Origin: Deltaproteobacteria bacterium
Lineage (GTDB): Bacteria > Myxococcota > Myxococcia > Myxococcales > 40CM-4-68-19
Direction of reading: 5' to 3'
DNA length: 45,143 bases
Assembly: GCA_041499865.1 (NCBI GenBank)
Contig: JBGQLA010000001.1
Location: 1 to 45,143, forward strand
The notes beneath the pieces are model-generated. The model was not told the origin of the DNA. It searched no databases and saw only the letters and a program-made list of their open reading frames with translations. Positions within the stretch are counted from its first letter, which is position 1. Each line of letters starts with the position of its first letter. Position numbers and translations under genes: made by a program. Of this stretch, positions 33,124 through 41,520 are shown in pieces.

Positions 33124-35307
33124 ATGGCAACACTTGCTGGAAAGAGACGCGTAGCTGCGGTCGTTGCGGCGGTGGGAGCCTTGTTCGTCGGCAGCACGGC
33201 GTCCGAGGCGCGTGTCACCCGGATCACGATCGGCAAGGTGACGTCGCCTCAGTTCAGCGGCCAGACCTTCGGCCCGAACGGCAGCGTGGGAACGTACGAC
33301 GAGCTCCGGGGCACCTTCTCCGGTGAGATCGATCCCTTCGATCGCCGCAACGCTGTCATTACCGACATTCTCCTGGCGCCGCGCAACGCGCGCGGCAACG
33401 TGGAGTACACGGCGACGTTCACGCTGCTCAAGCCGCACGACATGGGCCGCGCCAGCGGCGTGCTGATCTATGGCGTCAGCAACCGCGGCGGTCGCGCGCT
33501 GGGCACCGGCATGATCAACGTCACGACCGCCCAGCCTGCGGGCGACGGGTTCCCGTACAACCCGGGACACGTCTACGTCGCGAGCGGCTGGCAGGGCGAT
33601 CTGTTGTTCGATCCGAACGTCGCCGCCGAAACGATCAGCGTGCCGGTGGCGAGGAACGACGGCTCGTCCGTCACCTCGCCGACCTTCGCCCGCTTCGTCA
33701 CGGTCGCGGGCAACGTCAATACGCAGTCGCTGCCCGGCCGCGGGCGCACGCCGGCCAGCCTCGACACCACGAAGGCGACGCTGATCTCCATCGCGCGCGA
33801 GACCAACCTCGGCGTGCGCACGGGTGTCGTGAACATCCCGAGCACCGACTGGGCGTTCGCCGATTGCGGCACGGTGGCCTTCCCCGGAACGCCGGACGCC
33901 ACGCGCATCTGCCTCAAGAACGGCTTCAATCCGAGCCTCGCTTACGAGCTGGTCTACACGGCCAAGGACCCGCTGGTCCTGGGCGTCGGCATGGCGGCGA
34001 CGCGCGACCTCTTCTCCTTCCTCCGCCACGCCACCCTCGACGATGCGGGCACGCTCAACCCGATCGCGGGCAAGATCCGTTGGGGGATCGGATACGGGAT
34101 CTCCCAGTCCGGCCGCTATCTGAAGACCTTCATCCTCGACGGCTTCAACGAGGACGAGGACGGCAGGATCGTGTTCGACGGCGCGCAGCCGATCATCGCC
34201 GGCTCCATGGGCCAGTTCAACGTCCGCTTCGCCCAGCCCGGCAACATCGCCAACATCTTCGAGGCCGGGGCCGAAGGGCCCATCTGGTGGGGCGACTACG
34301 ACGATCGCGTCCGCGGGCGTGGCGTCACGGGACTCCTCCACCGTTGCGCCAAGACCGATACCTGCCCCAAGGTCGTCGACGAGTTCGGCGGACCGGAGAT
34401 GTGGTACACGCGCGGCGGCGTCGGCATCGCGGGCACCGCGGGGACCCGGGGACACAAGGACATCAAGCTGCCCAGGAACGTCCGCCGGTACTACCACGCC
34501 GGCACGGCGCACGGCGGCGGTGGCGGCGGCTTCGACCGGGTGCAGCCCGCGGGCACGACCTTGATGCTGGCCAGCAACCCCAATCCGGAAACCGAGACGC
34601 GCCGCGCGTTGATCGTCGCCCGCGACGAGTGGGTGACGAAAGGCACGAAGCCGCCGAAGAGCAGGTACCCGAGCCTGAACGACCGGACGCTCGTGGACTC
34701 GAACGCGGAGGCGATGGGCTGGCCGGACATCCCCGGCGCTCCGACGCCCGACAACGTGATGAACGTCATCATGGATTACGACTGGGGTCCGCAGTTCAGG
34801 TACAACGATCAGGCGGGTGTGGAGAGCAACGTCGTTCCCCGCATCAAGCAGATCATTCCGACGCCGGCGTCGAAGGTCGATCGGGACGGGAACGAAATCG
34901 GGGGCGTGCAATCGGTGCTCTTGCAGGCGCCGCTTGGGACCTACACGCCCTGGAACCCCGTCGCGAGCGGACCTCTCAAGGGGAACGAAGGCAACCTGGC
35001 CGCCGGGTACATTGCCTTTGCGCAGACCAAGGCCGACCGGTTGACGGCCGGCGATCCGCGCCTCTCCGTCGAGGAGCGGTACGGGAGCCAGGAGGGATAC
35101 AACTGCGTGGTGCGGAATGCGGCCGCGCGACTTGTGCGGGCGCGGTTGCTGCTCCCCGAGGACGCAGATCGGTTGATCGCGCAGGCTGCCGGAAGCAACG
35201 TCCTGCCGAGCGATCCCCACAACCATGTCGCCGAGCGCCTCTGCTCAGAGCACGATCGGGATGACGGAGACGACGACGATCGCGGCCACCGCGACGACGA
35301 CGACTGA
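33124..35307 (+). CDS. large secreted protein, uncharacterised alpha/beta-hydrolase-like family (paralog 1)
   Basis: ATG 33124 (AGGGGGA upstream), signal-like VAAVVAAVGALFVGSTASEA. Conserved N-terminal block GTYDELRGTFSGEIDPFDRRNAVITDILLAPRNARGNVEY...VSNRGG is shared with ORF 38006..40135. Acidic tail HDRDDGDDDDRGHRDDDD. Confidence 0.6.
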   Translation: MATLAGKRRVAAVVAAVGALFVGSTASEARVTRITIGKVTSPQFSGQTFGPNGSVGTYDELRGTFSGEIDPFDRRNAVITDILLAPRNARGNVEYTATFTLLKPHDMGRASGVLIYGVSNRGGRALGTGMINVTTAQPAGDGFPYNPGHVYVASGWQGDLLFDPNVAAETISVPVARNDGSSVTSPTFARFVTVAGNVNTQSLPGRGRTPASLDTTKATLISIARETNLGVRTGVVNIPSTDWAFADCGTVAFPGTPDATRICLKNGFNPSLAYELVYTAKDPLVLGVGMAATRDLFSFLRHATLDDAGTLNPIAGKIRWGIGYGISQSGRYLKTFILDGFNEDEDGRIVFDGAQPIIAGSMGQFNVRFAQPGNIANIFEAGAEGPIWWGDYDDRVRGRGVTGLLHRCAKTDTCPKVVDEFGGPEMWYTRGGVGIAGTAGTRGHKDIKLPRNVRRYYHAGTAHGGGGGGFDRVQPAGTTLMLASNPNPETETRRALIVARDEWVTKGTKPPKSRYPSLNDRTLVDSNAEAMGWPDIPGAPTPDNVMNVIMDYDWGPQFRYNDQAGVESNVVPRIKQIIPTPASKVDRDGNEIGGVQSVLLQAPLGTYTPWNPVASGPLKGNEGNLAAGYIAFAQTKADRLTAGDPRLSVEERYGSQEGYNCVVRNAAARLVRARLLLPEDADRLIAQAAGSNVLPSDPHNHVAERLCSEHDRDDGDDDDRGHRDDDD

Positions 35308-35312
35308 CAGGT

Positions 35313-35371
35313 GAGGTCCGCCCGCCACTTGCCGACGGGCGGACCCTCCCCCACGTCTTCAACTGCAACTG
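35313..35371 (+). repeat. direct repeat copy R1 (hairpin + CTCCCC.ACGTCTTCAACTGCAACTG)
   Basis: GAGGTCCGCCCGCCACTTGCCGACGGGCGGACCCTCCCCCACGTCTTCAACTGCAACTG. The 19-nt core ACGTCTTCAACTGCAACTG (35353-35371) is identical to 36904-36922. Confidence 0.75.
35315..35345 (+). terminator. strong hairpin immediately downstream of paralog 1 (also the 5' half of repeat R1)
   Basis: Perfect 10-bp stem GGTCCGCCCG / CGGGCGGACC with an 11-nt loop, starting 8 nt after stop 35305-35307. It is followed by CTCCCCC rather than a U-tract. Confidence 0.45.
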
Positions 35372-35463
35372 CGGCAGCACCCGAGCACGATTCACCTGCC
35401 CGACCTTCCGCATCGGGTGCGCAGGGCGGAACTACATCGCACGCTGACCACGATGGGCAGCGG

Positions 35464-36081
35464 TCAGCGCGCCAGAGGGTTCGGGGTGGGACCTGCCACC
35501 CGCACGAGTGTGTTGCGGTCCCGATGGTGGAACGGCTCCGCGCGTCCGCGAACTTGCAGCACCGTGTCCTCCTCGTACGACCAGGTGTCGCCCGGGCCGA
35601 CCGTCACGCGGATGCGGAACTCCACCGTGCGGAACGCTTGCTCGAGGAACGGTCCGGAGCAGATTCCGCGCTCGCCCGCGACCAGTTCGAACTGGTGCGC
35701 GTCGGGCTCGGCGAATCCCGTCGCCAGCGCGACCTGAGCGCGCGGAATGGCGAGCATCTGGATGACCGTCTTGGTCGCCGGCTCCCAAAGCCAGTACCCC
35801 ACCTGATCATGGAAGGTCTCGATCTCGCCCGGCCGGACGATGTGCACGTGGTAGCGGAGGCCGTAGAAGAGCTGCGGGCCGTTGAGCTGCGGGTCGATGG
35901 GCTGAAGCTCGACGCGTTCGACGAAATCGTCCTCCTTGCTTCCCTCGGCGACGGGATGCTCGTCCTTGCCGGTGCGGCCTTCCCAGATTCCTGCCATCGG
36001 CCGTAGCGGGCCGAGGTTCCGGAGGGTATCGGGATCGACGTCGGAGGGTTCGGTGAAAACGTCGGCGGCCGGCGTGTCCAT
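35464..36081 (-). CDS. heme-binding beta-barrel (nitrobindin/THAP4-like, DUF1794) domain protein
   Basis: ATG 36081, 205 aa: LGPLRPMAGIWEGRTGKD...GPQLFYGLRYHVHIV...FHDQVGYWLWEP...EFRIRVTV...WSYEEDTVLQVRG...FHHRDRNTLVRV fits the lipocalin-like nitrobindin pattern. The track ORF (to 36762) extends through the neighbouring gene. Confidence 0.6.
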   Translation of the reverse strand: MDTPAADVFTEPSDVDPDTLRNLGPLRPMAGIWEGRTGKDEHPVAEGSKEDDFVERVELQPIDPQLNGPQLFYGLRYHVHIVRPGEIETFHDQVGYWLWEPATKTVIQMLAIPRAQVALATGFAEPDAHQFELVAGERGICSGPFLEQAFRTVEFRIRVTVGPGDTWSYEEDTVLQVRGRAEPFHHRDRNTLVRVAGPTPNPLAR

Positions 36082-36137
36082 GGGGACATCGTAAGCGGTA
36101 GGATGGTCTACACTCCAGTCGAGGCGGCCCGAGGCAG

Positions 36138-36650
36138 CTACGCTATCTGCGACGTCACGCCAGTGGCGCCGGCCTCGGCGCGGAACCCCTTGACCGCGGC
36201 CCACCCCAGCCAGACGAACAGCACCAGCACGAGGATCTGCGTCGCCGCGAATGGCAACTCCTTCTGGGTAGGCGCGGCGGCCATGAGGGCCGGAAGTCTC
36301 AGGAACAGCTGCGCGAGCAGGACGAAGACGTTCAGGTAGAGCGCGAGAATGGTGCCGACCACGTAGATCGCGCGCCAAGCCCCGGTGAGGTGCTTGACGT
36401 AACGGGCGACGATCACGACGGGCAATACGACGAGCGAAAGGATCGCGACGGCGTGAGAGGGCAGAAAAGTCACGAAGGGAAAGCCAAACCCCGTAACGCT
36501 TGTCGCGACGGTCGTCACCAGAAAGACGCCGGTCCAGCCATCCAGCCGCTTCCCGGCGACCAGGCCTCCGGCGACGACGAGCCCTGCGAATATCCCAAGG
36601 AGGCTCAAGACGACGTGAACCAGCGTGAAGGTCGTGATTCCGGAGGTCAT
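36138..36650 (-). CDS. small integral membrane protein (4 predicted TM helices), unknown function
   Basis: ATG 36650 (AAGGA 7 nt upstream), 170 aa: MTSGITTFTLVHVVLSLLGIFAGLVVAGGLV...VFLVTTVATSVTGFGFPF...AILSLVVLPVVIVA...VVGTILALYLNVFVLLAQLF...ILVLVLFVWLGW. Confidence 0.65.
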   Translation of the reverse strand: MTSGITTFTLVHVVLSLLGIFAGLVVAGGLVAGKRLDGWTGVFLVTTVATSVTGFGFPFVTFLPSHAVAILSLVVLPVVIVARYVKHLTGAWRAIYVVGTILALYLNVFVLLAQLFLRLPALMAAAPTQKELPFAATQILVLVLFVWLGWAAVKGFRAEAGATGVTSQIA

Positions 36651-36718
36651 GGAAGCGTCCTTTTTCAGAAGAGGTGTCCTGCCCGCGCAACGATGCATCC
36701 ACTTCGGAGTGCTCGACG

Positions 36719-36734
36719 CCGGTGCGTGCACCGG
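36719..36734. promoter_or_regulatory. 16-bp palindrome upstream of the membrane-protein gene (possible operator)
   Basis: CCGGTGCGTGCACCGG (7-bp arms CCGGTGC/GCACCGG), about 70-85 nt upstream of ATG 36650 on the minus strand. No cognate regulator is evident nearby. Confidence 0.2.
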
Positions 36735-36858
36735 TCCGTGCCCATCGACACCGACCGCTCATATCGTAGATCGTGGCCCGTCAGGTTCTCCGAAAGGCAT
36801 GCCAGCTCAAGCACTCCGCCGCAAAGCAGATCTAAAGGCTTGCTCCGCGACGACCGAA

Positions 36859-36922
36859 GAGGGTCCGCCGCCGCTTCCTGCCGGCAGGTGGACCCCCTCC
36901 CCTACGTCTTCAACTGCAACTG
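36859..36922 (+). repeat. direct repeat copy R2 (imperfect hairpin + CTCCCC.ACGTCTTCAACTGCAACTG)
   Basis: GAGGGTCCGCCGCCGCTTCCTGCCGGCAGGTGGACCCCCTCCCCTACGTCTTCAACTGCAACTG. Same orientation as R1, with a related hairpin (GGGTCCGCCGCCG...CGGCAGGTGGACCC) and an identical 19-nt core. Confidence 0.75.
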
Positions 36923-36951
36923 GCGCTGTGCCGGTCTTCCAGCGCGGCGCT

Positions 36952-37977
36952 TCAGTGGTCGGCCAGGATCCTCTTCCCGGACTTCACGTTGAAGCAGGCC
37001 GCGCCGCGATACAGCAGGGAGATGGGCTCGACGTGCGCCTCATCGCGGAGCGTGAGGAAGAGCGGCTCGGTACCCAGGTCCAGGAAGATGTCGCGGATCT
37101 CGTCGTGGTGGCCGGGCAGGTAGAAGCGCGGGTTGAACAGCTCGACCAGCGCCATCGTCACCGGGATCTGCGTTTCCTGCACGTAGTGGCCGACGTACGC
37201 CACGATGGCGACATCGGTGTAGCCAATGCGCTTCATGAGGTCGATCTCCGCCTGCGTGATCGGACCCGCGCTGTCGAGCCAGATCAGGCGAAAGCCGCTG
37301 TCGAACCTCAGCAGATACGCGATGGTGCCGATGGTGATGACGCGCGGGTCGAAGGTGCCGCGCGCCCGCACGACGTCTTCGGCGGCGACCTCGGCAGGCG
37401 AGGGAGTTCCCAGCTCCGTCTGGACGGCGGTGGTGAACGCGGCAATCGTAGCTCCCGGCAGCACGCTGTGGTGCGCCAGCACCGGCTCGACGGTGAATCC
37501 ACGGAAGCGGAACAGCTCGCCGCCCGTGCCGGTCACGCGTACCGCCTGGCCGTCGGTCATTCCCTGCGTGAGCAGCTTCTCCCAGGTCGGCGGGCCGCCG
37601 ATGGCGCGAATGCCGAGGCGTAACGCGATCGACGATGCGTCGCTCATGTGATCGAAATGACCGTGGCCAAGGAAGATGGCGTCCGCGCGAGTCACCTGCT
37701 CCGGAAGTAGCCCGATGGGGCGGTTGCGCGGACCGCGGTCGTAGTAGGTGTCGAAGAGAAGCACCTGGCCCCGGTACGAGATCTCGTAATTCGTGGTGCC
37801 AAGCCACCGGACCACCAACTTGTCGTCGTCGTGTGGAACCGGGCCGCCGGCCGCGGCAGGCTTTACGCTTTCGCAGGGATCCCTTTCCTCGCGCTTCCCG
37901 TCGCCCGCCCGGGCCATGGAAGCCGAAATGCACAAGACCGCGAGCAATGTGGTGAGGCGGATGAATGAGTTCGCCAT
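36952..37977 (-). CDS. secreted MBL-fold metallo-hydrolase
   Basis: ATG 37977 (AAGGAGAG upstream), signal MANSFIRLTTLLAVLCISASMARA. Metal motif AIFLGHGHFDHMSD (HxHxDH). It starts 28 nt downstream of paralog 2, so it is probably co-transcribed. Confidence 0.85.
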   Translation of the reverse strand: MANSFIRLTTLLAVLCISASMARAGDGKREERDPCESVKPAAAGGPVPHDDDKLVVRWLGTTNYEISYRGQVLLFDTYYDRGPRNRPIGLLPEQVTRADAIFLGHGHFDHMSDASSIALRLGIRAIGGPPTWEKLLTQGMTDGQAVRVTGTGGELFRFRGFTVEPVLAHHSVLPGATIAAFTTAVQTELGTPSPAEVAAEDVVRARGTFDPRVITIGTIAYLLRFDSGFRLIWLDSAGPITQAEIDLMKRIGYTDVAIVAYVGHYVQETQIPVTMALVELFNPRFYLPGHHDEIRDIFLDLGTEPLFLTLRDEAHVEPISLLYRGAACFNVKSGKRILADH

Positions 37978-38005
37978 GGGTCTCTCCTTTCTTGATCCTG
38001 GTACA

Positions 38006-40135
38006 TCAGTGGCCGACGCCGACGAGCACGTCGCTCGCCTCGGCGTCGCGCACGGCCGCGTCGGCATCGTCGGCAAGGAGGAAACGTTCCTTCACGCTCC
38101 GCCGGACGAATTTCTCGACGGCCTTCACGTAGCCGCGGTGGCTCCGATACAGCTCCTGGAGCGAGGGACGCGGATCACCCGCTGCCTTGGCCTGCGCCTT
38201 CGTCACCGGCAAGGGCAGGAACATGCCGTTCAACTCGCAGAGCTCGCCGTCGGCATATGGAGCACGCCGGAGGTTCCATCCGGTCAGCGTCGCGGTGGGA
38301 ACGCCCACGACGGGAACCTCGACACCTCCGAGATCGATTCCCACCTCGCTCACCCGCGGCACGAGCACGCGGTAGGCCGCGAGGACCGGAGGATGGCCCC
38401 AGTTGGTAATGATGCCGCGGTTCTGGGAAACGGAGTGCCCGAAGTCCAACTCGCCGAGCGCATTGAAGAGCCCGTTGTAGGTCACGCCTGGGATGGCAGG
38501 AAAGCCCACTTCCTCGCGGTCCGCGGGGGGCACCAGCAGGCCCTCGTCCACCGTCGCGCGGCGGCTCGGCGGCGCCTCGATGCCCTTCGTCACCCACTCG
38601 TCGAGGTCGGTGAAGATCGCCCGCAGCGCGGGCCCGGGGTACACTGGGTTGTTGAGCTGCTGGCACAGGCCCTTGTCCGGGACCGAGCCGAACCCACTGA
38701 AATGCTGAAGGCCGGCGATCACGTAATGCCGCGCGTTCCTGGGCAGCTTCACCTCGTGGCCGAAGCCGTCGGTGTCGACCAGCGAGGATTGCGCCCACCA
38801 GTACTCGTTCGAGGTGTCGGTCTGCACGAACAGCGGATCGGTCGCCGGCCGCTTGAGGATCCCGTCGAACAGCGGCCCTCTGTCGATTCCCAGCGCGACC
38901 AGCGGATTCACGCGGACGCCGAAGTTGAAGGGGAACGTGACCTGGGGAATGAAGCGGTCGCGGTGCTCGGTGGACCAGGGATGGACCTGCCCGAATCGGT
39001 AATTGAGCCCCAGCTTCACCGCCCCGGAGATGTGAGCGTGGACCGCTTCGAACACGCTGCGGCCCGCCTGGTCCTCGTTGAAGCCCTGGTAGACGTAGTC
39101 CCGGATGTAGACGCCGGACTGGGACGCTCCGTAGAGGATCGAGGTCGTGACCCCTGCGGTCGCGAGCGGATTGGGCAGGCCGGCGTCGTCCGACGTCCGG
39201 TGTCGCAGAAACGAGGCGAACTCGCGCTGCGCCGCGTAGCCCAGCCCCATGATGCGGGTGTCCTCGGCAACGTAGTTGAGCTGGTACACCATCCCGGTCT
39301 GGAAGCCACCGGCGACGCAGAGGGTGTTGCGGTCGGGAAAGGACCACTGGGCGTTCGGCACCAGGGTGCCCGAAGGAATCGCGGGCGCCGAAGGCCTCGG
39401 CGAGTCGCTCGGGCGGACGAACAGCTCGTCGCCCGCTTTCTCCGAGAGGACCGCGGGATAGCCCTTGATCACCGGCGAGCCGCTCAGTGGCACGCAGCTA
39501 GTGCCGCCTCCCTCGGGGAAGCTGAACTCGTCGGCCAGCTCGATGGTGATCCGCTGGGTGACCGGCTTGCCGCCGGGGAGCACTGGAGCCGGAACCCGGA
39601 GCGCGAGGCGCCCGCCACCGGGCTCCACGTCCGCACCCCAGCCCACCCAGGCCAGCGCGTACCCCTGGTTGAGGAGGAAGCCGTTGCCGAAGTCGGCCTG
39701 CGAGGTGGGATCGTTGTTGAACGGACCGTTCGCGAAGGAGAGGAAGAGAAGGAGATTGCCGCGATTGTTGATCTCCGAAACGAGCTGGTGGTTCCACTTC
39801 GAAAGATTGGCTGGGCGCATCAGCATGTAGTCTGCGTCGAAGGACACCAGACCGTCAGCGTTGCGCGGGGCTAGATCCAGATCGGTGATCACGGCGTTGC
39901 GGGGATCGGTCGGGTCGATCTGGAACTCGACCGTGCCTCGCACCTTTTCGTACGCTCCCGCCGATCCGAAGGCCTGGCCGCCGGCGAGGATCACGTCGCT
40001 CGTCGGATGCAGGAAGATCTTCGCCGGCCTCGCGAAAGCAGCGCTTGCGCTCCAGCAGAGTACTGCGACCGGCAGCGCCAGCAAGCGAGGCATCCGAAGT
40101 GCGCTGGATCGGTACGTTCCGATACTCCCATCCAT
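38006..40135 (-). CDS. large secreted protein, uncharacterised alpha/beta-hydrolase-like family (paralog 2)
   Basis: ATG 40135 (AGGAGA 5 nt upstream; alternative ATG 40093), signal LLALPVAVLCWSASAAFA. GAYEKVRGTVEFQIDPTDPRNAVITDLDLAPRNADGLVSF...INNRGN aligns with paralog 1. Colinear similarity continues (e.g. FLRH..DDAG, GxSQSG). Confidence 0.6.
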   Translation of the reverse strand: MDGSIGTYRSSALRMPRLLALPVAVLCWSASAAFARPAKIFLHPTSDVILAGGQAFGSAGAYEKVRGTVEFQIDPTDPRNAVITDLDLAPRNADGLVSFDADYMLMRPANLSKWNHQLVSEINNRGNLLLFLSFANGPFNNDPTSQADFGNGFLLNQGYALAWVGWGADVEPGGGRLALRVPAPVLPGGKPVTQRITIELADEFSFPEGGGTSCVPLSGSPVIKGYPAVLSEKAGDELFVRPSDSPRPSAPAIPSGTLVPNAQWSFPDRNTLCVAGGFQTGMVYQLNYVAEDTRIMGLGYAAQREFASFLRHRTSDDAGLPNPLATAGVTTSILYGASQSGVYIRDYVYQGFNEDQAGRSVFEAVHAHISGAVKLGLNYRFGQVHPWSTEHRDRFIPQVTFPFNFGVRVNPLVALGIDRGPLFDGILKRPATDPLFVQTDTSNEYWWAQSSLVDTDGFGHEVKLPRNARHYVIAGLQHFSGFGSVPDKGLCQQLNNPVYPGPALRAIFTDLDEWVTKGIEAPPSRRATVDEGLLVPPADREEVGFPAIPGVTYNGLFNALGELDFGHSVSQNRGIITNWGHPPVLAAYRVLVPRVSEVGIDLGGVEVPVVGVPTATLTGWNLRRAPYADGELCELNGMFLPLPVTKAQAKAAGDPRPSLQELYRSHRGYVKAVEKFVRRSVKERFLLADDADAAVRDAEASDVLVGVGH

Positions 40136-40504
40136 GATCTTCTCCTGGGTGTGGCTCGAGGTGGACGGCGTCGTTCATACTCGCCAGGCGCGCGAGACCG
40201 TTGTTCCGACCTGCCTTCCCGAGCGTGGCTTAGGAGCAGGTCCAAACGGAGAGTCAAGTCGACACGCGTTGTGCAGATTTCCGCGCGGGCCGTGTCTTCC
40301 CGCAGCTACCTGACGCCGCATCCCTTGACTTTTCGAACAGCCCGGCGCTAGGCGGATTCTTGGGGCGGGGCCGCGCTCGCTGAGAGCGGAAGGCCGCTCG
40401 TTCAAATCGACCGATGCGGAATGCCGCTCTGCGACGGGCCTGGGCTCCAGGAAAAGGAGCATCCATGCGGAACCTGAAGACAGCCTGGCTATGTTGGCAC
40501 TCGG

Positions 40505-40969
40505 GTGCCTGATCTCGGCACGGACCGAGGCGCGCCTGACACGAATCGTGATCGCCTCCCGAGAGGTGGCGTCGCCACCCACGCGCTTTTCGTGCTCAAC
40601 CGCGGCGAGACCGTCTACTACCGCGCGCATGCCGACGATGGCGGCGGGGACCTGAACGCCGGCTGCGACTACCAGATCCGCGGCCGCCCGCTCGACGCGC
40701 GCTGGTGGTCGATCACCGCGTACGGCGGCGACGATTTCCTCATCCCGAACGCACAGCACCGCTACTCCTTCAACATGGCGAACCTCGCCAAGGAGCCCGA
40801 CGGGAGCTTCCTCATCCGGGCGAGTTCCAGACCACAGCCGGGCAATTGGCTGCCGCTCGGCGGGACCGGTCACGTGTCGTTGACGATCAGGCTCTACGTC
40901 CCCTCCGCGGAGATCTCCTCGCACCCCGAGCGCGCCACGCTGCCGAGCATCACCGGACGGTGCCCTTGA
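40505..40969 (+). CDS. DUF1214 domain-containing protein (5' end disturbed)
   Basis: RGETVYYRAHADDGGGDLNAGCDYQIRGRPLDARWWSITAYG...RYSFNMANL...DGSFLIRASS...PGNWLPLGG...LTIRLYVP is the small DUF1214 type. The best RBS/ATG (AAGGAG + ATG 40465) is in another frame and stops after 15 codons, so the N-terminus appears frameshifted or deleted. Confidence 0.6.
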   Translation: MPDLGTDRGAPDTNRDRLPRGGVATHALFVLNRGETVYYRAHADDGGGDLNAGCDYQIRGRPLDARWWSITAYGGDDFLIPNAQHRYSFNMANLAKEPDGSFLIRASSRPQPGNWLPLGGTGHVSLTIRLYVPSAEISSHPERATLPSITGRCP

Positions 40970-41481
40970 CGTGGCGATGGCGAATCGTGTCGGTGCTTGC
41001 CGGCGCGGCGTTGACTCACGTCGCCGCGATTCAGGCAACTCCGCGCCTCATCGTGCGCGTGGTGCGCCATCGTCTCGAGGGAGAGGTGGGAATGAATCAC
41101 ATCCACCACGCGCCGCTCCCCGATTCCCGGTGGCGCACCATCGTGATGCCCAGCCCCGATCTCCTCTACAGCGCGTGCGCATACGACGTGAGCGATCGAC
41201 CTCTGCTCGTCACCGCCGAGGTCCCGGAGGGCTACTGGTCCGTCTCGGCGTTCGCGGACAACACCGACAACTTCTTCGTCGCCAACGATCGCACGGCCAC
41301 CCATCATCGGGTGCGCGTGGTCTTCTCGTCGCAGCCAGGCTTCCAGGATCCCGGCGGAGGCACCGTCGTGGAGGTGCCGTCGACGACCGGCGTCATCCTG
41401 TTTCGGCAGCTCGTGCTCGACCGCAACGAGTTGCCGAAGGCCCAGGAGATCCAGCGCGCAGCCACCTGTGCGCCGCTCTGA
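40966..41481 (+). CDS. DUF1254 domain-containing protein
   Basis: TTG 40966 overlaps the DUF1214 stop (TTGA); alternative GTG 40987. TM-like N-terminus WRIVSVLAGAALTHVAAI, then MPSPDLLYSACAYDVSDRPLLVTAEVPEGYWSVSAFADNTDNFFV, typical of DUF1254. DUF1214/DUF1254 pairs are a known arrangement. Confidence 0.6.
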   Translation: MTWRWRIVSVLAGAALTHVAAIQATPRLIVRVVRHRLEGEVGMNHIHHAPLPDSRWRTIVMPSPDLLYSACAYDVSDRPLLVTAEVPEGYWSVSAFADNTDNFFVANDRTATHHRVRVVFSSQPGFQDPGGGTVVEVPSTTGVILFRQLVLDRNELPKAQEIQRAATCAPL

Positions 41482-41520
41482 GCTAGAATCGGCCGGGCAG
41501 GATTCGAGGAGGAGCGAGCC

